A DNA stretch of 64,000 nucleotides from Candidatus Zhuqueibacterota bacterium (GTDB taxonomy: Bacteria; Zhuqueibacterota; Zhuqueibacteria; Thermofontimicrobiales; Thermofontimicrobiaceae). The notes under the pieces are model-generated. The model saw nothing but the letters and a program-made list of their open reading frames with translations, searched no databases and was not told the origin of the DNA. The DNA lies in assembly GCA_049322915.1 (NCBI GenBank), contig JBMOPW010000016.1, forward strand, positions 103,971 to 167,970. Direction: 5' to 3'. Shown piece after piece: positions 30,301 through 39,651 of this stretch (position 1 is the stretch's first letter; the number at the start of each line of letters is the position of its first letter). The translations under genes and the position numbers were made by a program.

Positions 30301-30662
30301 AGAATATGCTTCCCATCCGGATGCCAGTCGACCATGCGATCCGAGACTGAGGGATAGGTCACCCGCGTGGGGACGCCGCCCAGGGACGGCATCACGTACA
30401 CATCCTGGTTGCCGTTGTAGCTGGCAGTGTAGCCGATAAATTTTCCATCGGGCGAAAATCTCGGCCAGGATTCCTCACCGGGGGAGTGGGTCACCTGAAT
30501 GGCCGTCCCGCCGGTTTTGGGCATGATCCAGATATCGCCGCCGTACACGAACGTGATTTGCGTATCGGATACATCCATGTAGCGCATCAGTTTGGCATTG
30601 ATCTGGCCGAACGCATTGCTGATGAAAGACAGAATAACAATTAAGAATAATGCTTTTTTCAT
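27351..30662 (-). CDS. Tricorn-like S41 protease
   Basis: Signal peptide, PD40 propeller repeats (PRFSPDG), KRYRGG, PDZ, DERFNGGG, GSGGD nucleophile motif. Confidence 0.93.
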   Translation of the reverse strand: MKKALFLIVILSFISNAFGQINAKLMRYMDVSDTQITFVYGGDIWIMPKTGGTAIQVTHSPGEESWPRFSPDGKFIGYTASYNGNQDVYVMPSLGGVPTRVTYPSVSDRMVDWHPDGKHILFASARENGVQRLNQFFRVSKEGGLAEKLKVTYGELASYSPDGNYLAYITKITENYPFKRYRGGLASDIIVYDLRNNTAENITNNHATDGKPAWVGETIYFLSDQGKEMRLNIWAYDTKKKTSSQITKFDDFDISYLAAGNRDLVFEVGGTLYLMDANNHQYQPVQVHVVSDLSVEMPTIKYVNDDISNMTAAPEGKRIVFEARGELFNVPVREGYVMNMTKNSGAFDHSPAWSPDGKSIACWSDRNGEYEIYLLASDGNSEPRQLTDRKKGFGYTLHWSPNSKKLAFIDETNTISVLDVESKKVVAAGHTNWDLNHSGRFSFPIAWAPDSKWIAFTQGMNNANNAVFLYDVEHGKSHQVTSGFYEDFYPAFSVDGKYLFYLTNRNFGAAYSDMGDGTWVYPNSTQIASLSLTKDAPSLLQVKNDELKKDEKKPGKDDEKSKKKDEPAGKKEGEKSDKDSSGVVVKVDFDNLESRLVILPSKAGNIGGLAAFEGKLAYLKHPSTGSGEESSSLMCFDFEKREDKTIMSGVDDAVVTADGKSLLVKCKGSYGIIKPEPDQKIDKPIPTDGLVMNLVPREEWRQIFADTWRRYRDFFYDPNMHRVDWEGLRKRYGALIEDARTRWDVGNIQSNLAAELSAGHTYTFGGDVESVKPCGTGYLGIDWELKDDQYRIKRIVTPAVWDTEVRSPFDQPGVDVKVGDCILAVNGVNLDPKKDPYAGFEGLSGKTISLTISRTGKKDDGKQHVVKCLSQYEESNLRYLEWIETNRKLVDKLSNGQLGYVYMSNTSSRGQLELVRMYYGQLDKKGFIIDERFNGGGQLADRFLELLQRPVVYNLHWRYGKDHTHPIKTNTGPKGMLINGWAGSGGDGLPWAFQELKAGPIVGERTLGILVGPATGHQLIDGGGITVPGARLYDNDGHWFWEGEGVSPDFEVWDDPNILVQGRDPQIEKVVQEVLNLLKTKPPKMTPAPPLEDRTSKGLSSKK

Positions 30663-31109
30663 GATACCTCCATAACCTATGTTATTGTTCAATGCTGCGC
30701 GTTGCCTCAGAGCGAGCCTGCGCAACCATGATTAAATGCAATCTGCGGACTTTTCGCTCAACGATTCCTTTTATTGCTCATGCGTTCGGCTCGGACTCAC
30801 GAAGGGCCACGTGCAGCGTCCTGTTCCGGTAAAATGAACAGTCCAATAGCCTCGAACCAATGCGGTGAAGTATCGTGGAATGCATGTGAGAAAAGGTCTG
30901 AATTCAGAACAGTGTTCAGGAATGTATGACAGCAATATAACAGTAAATTTTGAAAACGCAAGTTTTTTCTTCTCTGTTGAATAGTATTCTGAGTATGAGG
31001 CCATCCTCTATCCCTGCATTGATATGGGTGTGTGAACAGCGTGGCTGTGGGTAAAACGTTCCAGGGCAAAAATACTGCGGTAAGTGCTTGTGACGTTGCC
31101 GAATAAATA

Positions 31110-31808
31110 GAGTCTGTCCGAAAACTGCTAATATTGACCTCACCCCAACCCTCTCCGAAAAGGCTTACCCTTACCCACATCTTTTCTAACGCAGAGGTCG
31201 CAGAGACCGCAGAGGTACGCAGAGTTTTAGTATTGAAAAAAAGCTTTCTACAAACTTATGAAACCAGGTATTTTCCTGGTTATTCTGGTCTACTGTAACT
31301 CTGGGTGAACATGATTTTCATTGTCTGATTGAAAACTTTACAATCACTCTGGCCAATTCAACGCTGGTCTTTTCTCTGCGCCCTTCGCGACCTCTGCGTT
31401 TCATTTGATGTGTTAACCCTCCTACGTCACATAGATTTTTTATCGTTGTATATTGTATTTTTGATAGATGAAAAACTCAACATAGTGTGATAAATTTACT
31501 AACCTGAATTATTCATGAACTTGCTCAGAATTTGAGTCAACATTGAGATTTTCAATTAGCTAAAGGCTAAGCTATTTTGAAACTCAGTTTTTATACGTTT
31601 ATTCCAAAAAGAGCACCATTCAGGTTAGCCAGCCTCCTCTAAAAATACTATGAATAATGCAGGCTAAATGACGTTGCAGGGTTAATATCCCCCAACGTAT
31701 AGGTAAGGATCAGCCTACAAGGAGAGGGAGTTTAGGGGATGAGGTCTGACGGGATGAGGTTTGAAAATATCACCCCAATAGCTAATTCAGGTGTTTTTGG
31801 ACAGACAT
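31110..31808. mobile_element. Four-level nested MITE stack D[C[A[B]]]
   Basis: D about 31110-31808; C 31162-31715; A 31417-31681 (TTAA TSD); B 31503-31663 (CTAA TSD). Removing B plus one TSD restores exactly 100 bp of A. Confidence 0.85.
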
Positions 31809-31896
31809 AAAATAACTCGCGCCGGTGTATGGTTTGAAAACACGGCGGCCAGGCAGAAAGCCTGGCCTGCCATAGAAAGGAATTGGGAAGCGCGTG

Positions 31897-32916
31897 TCAA
31901 AACGCAAATCCTACAGAAAAGCGCTGGACGCTCTGCAGCCGGCCAAAGTCCGTGTAGGCATAATCGAATGTGCCGGCGTAATCGCCCATTTTGAAGTTGA
32001 CGCCGAGTCCGGCCGAAAAGCCTTCCTGCATTTCAGCTTCCTGGGCTGTGTTGTAACCGGCGCGGATGTACAGCATCTCTCTGAGCGATGTTTCAGCGCC
32101 GACGATGAGCGCTTCGGATCGATCGTTCGTTTTGACAAATTCAACGCATTCGACGAGGTCAACGGCATCGCCGAATGGATCCCAATGATAACTCAGGGCA
32201 AAACGAAACGTCATGGGCAACGGGTACGCTGTCGTTTTCAGGTTCACATCAACCGGTTCCACATTCCCGGCATCGGGATAGGCATTGTATTGGCCATACA
32301 GACCAGAGCCGCCGAAACTCATTTCCGGTCCGAAGTTGGCCATGTTCATCGCCAGGGTTAAGCCATTCAGCCCAATGGTGTAAATCGTCCCCAGATCGAT
32401 GGCAAATCCGCTGGCGTTCATGTCCCATATTGTCTCCCGAATCATATTCACTTTGATGCCAAAGGAAAACCGGTCGGTCATGTTGCGGGCATAGGTGATG
32501 CCAAAGGCGAAATCCGAGACATTGAAAAAAGTGCCGGTGCCCTGCGGCTCTTCGACAGTCGTCACTTCCATCGCGTCCATGGTGAGCGCGGTGAGACTGA
32601 CGCCGAAGCTGCCCCAGGAGTCGCTTTTGTACACGACTCCGACGAACGAATGATTGATGTCCGAAAACCAGTTGGCATAGGAGAACATCACCTCGCTTTG
32701 AGGCATGCGGGCAATCCCGGCCGGATTCCAGTAGAGAGAGGATGCGTCATTGGCCAGCGCGGTGAAGGCGCCGCCCATTCCCTGTGCGCGCGCGCCCACG
32801 CCGATTTTCAAAAATTGGGCGCCGGATGTGCCGCGCTTGGAGAACTGCGCCTTAGCCATGCCGGAAAAAATGACTGCAGCCATGATGGTAAAGATGAGTG
32901 CTTTTTTCATATTCAA
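31897..32916 (-). CDS. UPF0164/PorV-PorQ-like outer-membrane protein
   Basis: GTSGAQFLKIGVGARAQGMGGA, YWNPAG, C-terminal Phe. Confidence 0.88.
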   Translation of the reverse strand: MNMKKALIFTIMAAVIFSGMAKAQFSKRGTSGAQFLKIGVGARAQGMGGAFTALANDASSLYWNPAGIARMPQSEVMFSYANWFSDINHSFVGVVYKSDSWGSFGVSLTALTMDAMEVTTVEEPQGTGTFFNVSDFAFGITYARNMTDRFSFGIKVNMIRETIWDMNASGFAIDLGTIYTIGLNGLTLAMNMANFGPEMSFGGSGLYGQYNAYPDAGNVEPVDVNLKTTAYPLPMTFRFALSYHWDPFGDAVDLVECVEFVKTNDRSEALIVGAETSLREMLYIRAGYNTAQEAEMQEGFSAGLGVNFKMGDYAGTFDYAYTDFGRLQSVQRFSVGFAF

Positions 32917-33085
32917 AAATCCTCCATTCGAATCAGATGAACGTGGCGATGTGGCGCCTGGGGCCGAACCGTTCGGCGTTTGACTTCACTGAGCCAATGC
33001 CGCCGGCGCGAATGAATTCACTGTTACGAACACCGCTCGGATGTACGGCTCGGTTCAAATACGGCGCTGCATCGCTGGTTGCGTG

Positions 33086-35842
33086 TTATCGAATAATGGC
33101 AAATTTGCCAATGTATTCGCCCAGACTCGGGGCATCCACGTGGAAAATATAAACGCCTGAAACTACTTTCTGGTCATTATGAGTGAGCAAATCCCACCAT
33201 TCCCAGCCGGGTTTATCACTCTCCAAATGTTCGTTGTGCTCAATGGTCCGCACGTGATCGCCAGCCAGCGTGTAGACCCGGATGGTGCATACTTCCGGCA
33301 GATTGATGAACTGCAGGTTCGAGTAATCCTTGCTGCGCTCCCACGTATTGCGAACGATATAGGGATTGGGCACCACTTTCACATCCTTGAGCATGGCTGC
33401 ATCGGCAGAAATTTTCTCGGCAATGGTGGTAAAATTATACGTATCCGCCGGGGTGAGTGGCTTGGTCAACTCAAATTTGTACACATCGCCAATCTGCGGC
33501 CGGACTTCCGCGGAATCCGGGATTTGCACGACAAATTGCAGTGTGAAACCGGATTTCCATGAAAGGGTCGCTGTATCGAAATAGTCCTCTTTGACTTTGA
33601 TTTCATCTCCGTTTGTGAGCAAATTCCGCATTGCCGGAGTTGTGTCCAGAGGGCTGCTCGTGAAAATGAACGTGGCGTTTGCTTTGTACGAAGTATCCAG
33701 TTCAACCCGCCAGATTTCGAACGGCAGGACGAGATTGGCCGGATAAACCGTGGTATCGCCTGCGGCGGTGAAGCGCAGTTCATAATCGACCGGGAAAGGC
33801 TTGATCCCCGCAAAGTTGCTGAATGACCAATTCGTCGCCGGAGAGTTCAGCCAGCCGTTGCTTTTCAATGCGCCTTCGGTGACCTCATCGGTGATGCTGA
33901 GATAGACGCCGTTGACGTAGACCGATTCGCCGCTCAGCATGGTCGAACCGGAGAGTACTTCTTGCTGCGAATTCAGATCGAAAACAGAAAATGTTTTTTG
34001 CCCGTTGTTATTCTGAAACCGTACCTGGTACTCCGTGTCGATCACGTCTGAAGTTATCGGAGAGAGCGAAACCTGAGGCATGTCGCAACTCGCGTTTCCT
34101 GCCGTATGAGAAACCGGCAGCGTTGCCGGCCGCTCGTATCCAATTTTATAAAAACCGGGACGAACCGAACGCCTGTTTTTATTAAGGATCAAGCCGCATT
34201 CCAGGCTTCTCAGGCCCGCGGTGCCCTGATCATAGGTGGTAATTGCGTAGTGGTATTCCGCTCCGTTTATCACATCGGTGTCGGTGAACATGTGGACGAG
34301 CCCGGTGTCATCGCCGAGATATTTGTCATCCGGGTGATATTCATCGTAGCCGTCATCAGGATTGATGGGCGATCCGTCGCCGATGCCATCGATGAGGTCC
34401 CATTGCGCGATGAGTTGCCATTCGGTGGTAGGATCGGCCGGATTCCAGTTGCCCAATGCGCCGATGCCGGTTCGGCTTTTATACAACCGATACCCTTCAA
34501 AATCCTGTATGTTGGTGACCGGGTCCAGCGCGGTTTCGGCTTTATCGTCCCAGACAATCAGCACTTTGCCGTCGCCGGGAATCAATGTCATTTCCGGTTC
34601 CGGAGGCGGTGACGGACTGGTCCAGTTTTCATTATACATTTGCTGAGCTAAATCGCTCGCCGCCTGCAGGCTGGTTAAATCGCGGGCGCAGATGATGCCG
34701 ATGACAACGCGCGCCGTATCCCCGGGGTTCAGCGTGAATGGCCCGGTGGGCATGCAGAATCGCTTATCTTCAGGACTGGAGTCCAGATCAAAGGTGCCAT
34801 TGGCCGCCATCACATCGTAACGCTCCACATCCGTTCCCGGGTCGACATCGATGGTGAAAATGCGAAATGCGGTCAAGCCCAGTTGCTCGCCGGTTGTCGC
34901 GTCGATGGGACTTTCGAGAAATACATAACCGAGATAGCCGGCATTGGTGGACCAGCCCGCTTCCCGGCCATCATTGTCGTAACAATAGCCCAGATTGCGG
35001 CTTTCATCGAAGCCGACCATGTCATCGGACGAATCGCCAAGATCCGGATCGACGACGACGCTCAGATAGGTATCCTCCAGCGCCTGGTCTGAAACGTTTA
35101 TAATGTCATAGGTCAGAAATGCAAAATTCTGATTGAAAAAATAATTCCATGAATACCCCTGCTGGATGATGTGGACTCCCAGCACATCCGCGCCTGCATC
35201 GAATTTATAGGTCTGATCCGCATCGCTGAACCAGGCGTAGCTGTCCTGCACCGACACGGTGACCGGCTTGTAATCGTTGCCGGCTTCGGCCCAGGTCATC
35301 ACTGTGTCCGCATCGGCAGTGGCCGGATCGCCATCCGGATCCAGATGATAATAGCCCATCGGCCAGTCAGGCAGACTATTTTCTTCAATCAGAGACGGAT
35401 AGTCAGTGCTCAACAGGACGCGAACGCCTTCCGAATTGAATTCATAATTATGAGTTGGATCGTATTCAAATCCCGGGACCATTTCGCTGGTACCGCTATT
35501 GGGATTGTAACCCACGGAGACCAATTTGTTGCCTCCTTTGATGGCGCCAATCCAGACGCCGGCGCCAAAAATATAGGCCTGCCCGGATCCTTTGGGCCAC
35601 ACGCCGCCGGCCGTGCCGGTACTGGCTTCGTACCCATGAATACCATAGTTGGTCACCGGCAGGTAGATCAATCCCACATCGTGATACCTCAGATCGAACA
35701 TATTGTCCGGGTATGTCTGTTTTGAAAGCGAATTTTTGGAATTGACTTTTCCAATCCCGGCAGGTGAATACACGGCATCGAAAAGAAGTTGCGCTGCGCA
35801 GATGAACACGATGAGCAGCCACTTCTGAGGATTATGTTTCAT
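33086..35842 (-). CDS. Large secreted protein with C-terminal T9SS-like sorting domain
   Basis: Signal peptide, YIFGAGVWIG, DFEGYRLY, C-terminal VKVVPNPY...LQFINLP...SGVYIFHV...KFAIIR. Confidence 0.85.
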   Translation of the reverse strand: MKHNPQKWLLIVFICAAQLLFDAVYSPAGIGKVNSKNSLSKQTYPDNMFDLRYHDVGLIYLPVTNYGIHGYEASTGTAGGVWPKGSGQAYIFGAGVWIGAIKGGNKLVSVGYNPNSGTSEMVPGFEYDPTHNYEFNSEGVRVLLSTDYPSLIEENSLPDWPMGYYHLDPDGDPATADADTVMTWAEAGNDYKPVTVSVQDSYAWFSDADQTYKFDAGADVLGVHIIQQGYSWNYFFNQNFAFLTYDIINVSDQALEDTYLSVVVDPDLGDSSDDMVGFDESRNLGYCYDNDGREAGWSTNAGYLGYVFLESPIDATTGEQLGLTAFRIFTIDVDPGTDVERYDVMAANGTFDLDSSPEDKRFCMPTGPFTLNPGDTARVVIGIICARDLTSLQAASDLAQQMYNENWTSPSPPPEPEMTLIPGDGKVLIVWDDKAETALDPVTNIQDFEGYRLYKSRTGIGALGNWNPADPTTEWQLIAQWDLIDGIGDGSPINPDDGYDEYHPDDKYLGDDTGLVHMFTDTDVINGAEYHYAITTYDQGTAGLRSLECGLILNKNRRSVRPGFYKIGYERPATLPVSHTAGNASCDMPQVSLSPITSDVIDTEYQVRFQNNNGQKTFSVFDLNSQQEVLSGSTMLSGESVYVNGVYLSITDEVTEGALKSNGWLNSPATNWSFSNFAGIKPFPVDYELRFTAAGDTTVYPANLVLPFEIWRVELDTSYKANATFIFTSSPLDTTPAMRNLLTNGDEIKVKEDYFDTATLSWKSGFTLQFVVQIPDSAEVRPQIGDVYKFELTKPLTPADTYNFTTIAEKISADAAMLKDVKVVPNPYIVRNTWERSKDYSNLQFINLPEVCTIRVYTLAGDHVRTIEHNEHLESDKPGWEWWDLLTHNDQKVVSGVYIFHVDAPSLGEYIGKFAIIR

Positions 35843-35961
35843 TCTTATGCCTCCTTAAAATAGTCGCGTACGATTCAATCGAAACGCGATGCATTGTCTG
35901 TGCGAACCAACCATCGCGCGGCCTGTGCCAGCGATGGCTGAATCAGGGACTTTCCATTCCA

Positions 35962-38900
35962 TTAAAAATAGACTTCGAAGCCAATCCAGAAGCGACGTCC
36001 TCGCATGAAATTCGTCTTCCGATCGTAATTGTCATTGATGTAGCGGAGATAGGCGTTGTAATATTCATCCGGGGTGACCAGGCCGTCCTGAGCGCCAACA
36101 GTGTCGCCAAAATCACCATCCCCGTTCAAATCGACCGGGTCGGATAGCTGAACCAGTCCTTTTTCATTGTAAGGCTGGGGGTTCCATTCGTTGATGCCCA
36201 TGTCCGCCGCAGCGCCGTATTCCGGGTCTTCGCCTTCAACAAAGGTGGTGGAACCGGGAGCGTACACCTTGCCGTCCCAGTAGGGACTTCCTGTGCGCGG
36301 ATAAACGCTGGTGGCGCGACGCTCATTGAACAGGTTTTCAATTTCGACGAAGAACGAATAATTGGCGCCCCAGAATTTGAAATCCTTGTTGAGTCGCGCA
36401 TCGGTTCGCATGTACCACGGTTGACGTGCGCCGTTGAATTCACCCACCTGATTTCCCCGGGCGTCCTGGCGGGTGTATGGCTTGCCGCTATGGTATCGCC
36501 ACAGCAAATTGGCGCCAAAATTTTCCAGCAGATTGATGCCGAGAATTTTGGGGCCGGCATTGTCCGCCAGCCGATAATCGAAAATGAGGCTGGCTGTATG
36601 CCGCTGATCAAAGTCCAGCCAGTAATCGACCTGGGGATACTCGCGCATCTCACCGGTGTAGGGATCCGGCGGCCCATTGGTCACCAACGAATAATGCTGG
36701 AATTGGGTTGAACTGGTACCCCGCGCCCAGGATAACGCGTAGTTGATGTCCAGACTGAAGTTCTGGCTGTAGCGTTTTTTCAGAGAGAATTCAAGGCCAT
36801 AGGCTTTGCCGTATTCGGAATTGGTCAGTACCGAATAATTTGCCGGAATGGCCGGCACGAAACGAATCCCTTCGATGTCATATAAATCCTTGTAATAGCC
36901 AGTCACATCCAGGCTGAAGTTTGTGGAAAGCTGATGGCCGACTCCAAACTCCCACGCTTTGGTCTTTTGCGCGCCCAGATTGGGATTGCCAATATTTTGA
37001 TTGCCCCGGCGCAACAGGCGCGTGGGCATCACCACAAAATCGTACAGGCTATTGAAGCGCGGCTGTTCAAAGAACCAGCCGTAGTTGAAATGCATCACCG
37101 TGGCATTGGAAATGGGGTGGGAGATTCCCAATCGCGGACTCACCTGCCATTTCACTTCAGCATCGTTCCACACGGCTTCGTCGCCGGTGTCCAGAGTATT
37201 CTCCCGAACCTGCGCATCCGGATCCACATAGTCAACACGCAGTCCGGCATTGATGACCACTCCCTGCCATTCCATTTTATCCAGAACATAGGCCGCTCCG
37301 GTTTTGGGATGATAGGTATAAATGTCGATGAAGGGCACGGCGTCGTAGGGCAGGGAATTGTAGTCCTTTTTCATGGAGTTGAGGAAAAATTCCGCTCCCA
37401 TTTTGAGCTGATGATTCATCGTAACCTGGCTGACCAGATCGATTTTCGTGGCAAAATATTCACTCTCGTATTTCCGGATGCCCCAGCGGGTGTCGCCTCC
37501 GCCGCGGAATACATTGGCCAGACCGTAAGGATTATCCCAGGGATAACGCGGCGTGTTGGAATAACCGAATTGCCGATACGAAAATTGATCCCATAATCCA
37601 TCGCCATCGCTGTCCCGATTATCAATGGGCACGAATTCGTAATCTTCCCACCAATTTTCGAATAGCGAAAGGAACCTGTCATCCATGTCGCGGGGACTGC
37701 GTTTGGCCTGGTTATCGTAATTGCTGAAATAGGTCATGTTGAGCGTGTAAAAAGTCTTGGAGCTGAGTGTGTGCGTCCAGTTGAGTTTGTACTGCTCGCT
37801 TTTCTGCATCCGGGAATTGAAATGGTCCAGCATTTCGGTGCTGGGATTGTAGGACCAGCCCAGGGCGTCGTATCCTTCCTCCTGGGTTGAATAGCGCCAG
37901 TCCCAATCGTAGTTGTCATATTGATCCCGCGCTTTGAATCCGCCCAGCATCAGTTTCATATCTGTATTGAAATTGTAGGTCAGTTTGAACTGCGCGCTGT
38001 ATTGCTGTTCCTGGTTGTGGGGATACCAGCCCAGATTGTTCCCGGCCGGATCGAGCACGGTGTACCCCGGTCCATTATTGTACACAATATTATTGATGGC
38101 ATTTTTATAAGCATCAGTGCCATCTTTCGGATAATAGACCTCGTCGTACATGCCGCGACAATCTGTTGTGAATAACCTCGCTGAGACGTAGAACTTCATT
38201 TTTTCGATGACCGGAACCGGGCCGCCGAAGCTCAATTCATACGTATTGTCGTTGGCCGAAAATGTGCTTTCGCCGAAGGGCTCGTCGGTGGTGTATCGTA
38301 ACTGACCCGAATATTTTGCGCCTCCTTCTTTCGTCACTAAATTGACAATGCCGGACATGGCCTGGCCGAACTCCGCGCTGAAACCGCCTGTCAACAGCAC
38401 GATTTCATCGATGGCGTTCCGGTTAATGGTCGCGCCGACAATCCCCTGGAGCGGGTCGCGCACCGTCATCCCGTCGACCATGTAATTGAGTTCGGTGCTG
38501 CGGCCGCCGCGGATATGGTCGTCGACCACGCCGGCCTGCAAGCTGATGGCATCCTCAAAACTATCGATTTTGGGCATGAGCGACACCTTGTCCCCGGTGA
38601 TTTCCCGATTCGATGAGGTCGCATCTCTGCGCACCATCGGTCGCTCCGCTGTAATCGTGACAGTTTCTCCCAGTTCCATGACCTCGCTGCGCAGCTCGAA
38701 ATTGACCGTGGTTGTCATATCCTGAACCGACTGCACATCAATATTTTCAATATCTTTGTAACCCAGATACCTGGCGATTACCGTGTATTTTCCGACCGGT
38801 ATGTTCAGGATGAAATACTCGCCATTGGCATTGGTCGCTGCCCCCATGCTCGTCCCTTTGATCAGCACGCTGGCGCCGGGTAGCGGTTCTCCTGTATCTT

Positions 38901-38997
38901 TGTCAATCACCCGGCCGGCAATTTTCCCGGTCACGCCGGCGAAGAGCAGCGCTGGAATCATCAGGACAAAGCAAACAAAAAGTCCTTGTTTTTTCAT
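35962..38997 (-). CDS. TonB-dependent receptor
   Basis: TGKIAGRVID carboxypeptidase-regulatory-like domain, plug IRGGR..E..YMVDG, GGFSAEFG.AMSGIVN, SPRLGISHP, C-terminal Phe. Confidence 0.93.
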   Translation of the reverse strand: MKKQGLFVCFVLMIPALLFAGVTGKIAGRVIDKDTGEPLPGASVLIKGTSMGAATNANGEYFILNIPVGKYTVIARYLGYKDIENIDVQSVQDMTTTVNFELRSEVMELGETVTITAERPMVRRDATSSNREITGDKVSLMPKIDSFEDAISLQAGVVDDHIRGGRSTELNYMVDGMTVRDPLQGIVGATINRNAIDEIVLLTGGFSAEFGQAMSGIVNLVTKEGGAKYSGQLRYTTDEPFGESTFSANDNTYELSFGGPVPVIEKMKFYVSARLFTTDCRGMYDEVYYPKDGTDAYKNAINNIVYNNGPGYTVLDPAGNNLGWYPHNQEQQYSAQFKLTYNFNTDMKLMLGGFKARDQYDNYDWDWRYSTQEEGYDALGWSYNPSTEMLDHFNSRMQKSEQYKLNWTHTLSSKTFYTLNMTYFSNYDNQAKRSPRDMDDRFLSLFENWWEDYEFVPIDNRDSDGDGLWDQFSYRQFGYSNTPRYPWDNPYGLANVFRGGGDTRWGIRKYESEYFATKIDLVSQVTMNHQLKMGAEFFLNSMKKDYNSLPYDAVPFIDIYTYHPKTGAAYVLDKMEWQGVVINAGLRVDYVDPDAQVRENTLDTGDEAVWNDAEVKWQVSPRLGISHPISNATVMHFNYGWFFEQPRFNSLYDFVVMPTRLLRRGNQNIGNPNLGAQKTKAWEFGVGHQLSTNFSLDVTGYYKDLYDIEGIRFVPAIPANYSVLTNSEYGKAYGLEFSLKKRYSQNFSLDINYALSWARGTSSTQFQHYSLVTNGPPDPYTGEMREYPQVDYWLDFDQRHTASLIFDYRLADNAGPKILGINLLENFGANLLWRYHSGKPYTRQDARGNQVGEFNGARQPWYMRTDARLNKDFKFWGANYSFFVEIENLFNERRATSVYPRTGSPYWDGKVYAPGSTTFVEGEDPEYGAAADMGINEWNPQPYNEKGLVQLSDPVDLNGDGDFGDTVGAQDGLVTPDEYYNAYLRYINDNYDRKTNFMRGRRFWIGFEVYF

Positions 38998-39651
38998 GGT
39001 GTTACTTCCTCCTCAAGTTAATGATAAATTGAAAGACCCACTCGATTTAAAATAACAGCCGATTCAATCAACCTGGCTGCACCTGAATTTTCATCCGGCA
39101 CCTCCTTCCTTTGGACTAAATCCTGAATTGGCAGAATCCATTTATGCCTGAGCGCAATGTGCAGAACTGATGGCCATGCGTCTGCTGTGCGGCTGGCGCG
39201 CCAAATCATTCGGTTTGTCACCCATCATCGCGGGCATTGTTACTATTCAGGCATGTGTTCTTGCCTCAAAGGCTCCAAGTCACGAAGCTACCGAAGATGC
39301 CAACTGATCGTTCGGGATATTTATCTCGAACCTCCCGGCCGTTGCCTGCGCTGGAACCATATCCAGCGCGATCAGAAAAACCAAATTCGGTTTTCAAAAT
39401 CGACTATTTTAGATAGATCTTTTTCTTTGTGCCCTGGAGATTTTGCAGCTGAATAGTAAATAGAAAATAACAGAAATTACTTGTTTTTCAATACCCTGAA
39501 AGGGGCATTTCCATGGATAAATCGGAAGAAATTGGAAGGGGTTAGCGATTCGTATGACCCATTTGGGGGATAAGGAAAAGGAAAAAATGAGGAACAGCCG
39601 GGCCTGTGGAAAGGGAGCCCGGCTTCGGCCAATTTCCATCACCGGGTCGGA

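Noticed and set aside
31170..31410. GCAGAG-iterated tracts as a possible CRISPR array
   Set aside because: There is no regular repeat-spacer periodicity and no cas gene; they are arms of an internal palindrome in element C.
39150..39240. Possible c-di-GMP-I riboswitch upstream of the TBDR (GACAAACC... on minus strand)
   Set aside because: It lacks the GAAA tetraloop and GGGACGCAAAGC core; an Infernal/Rfam search would be needed to settle it.
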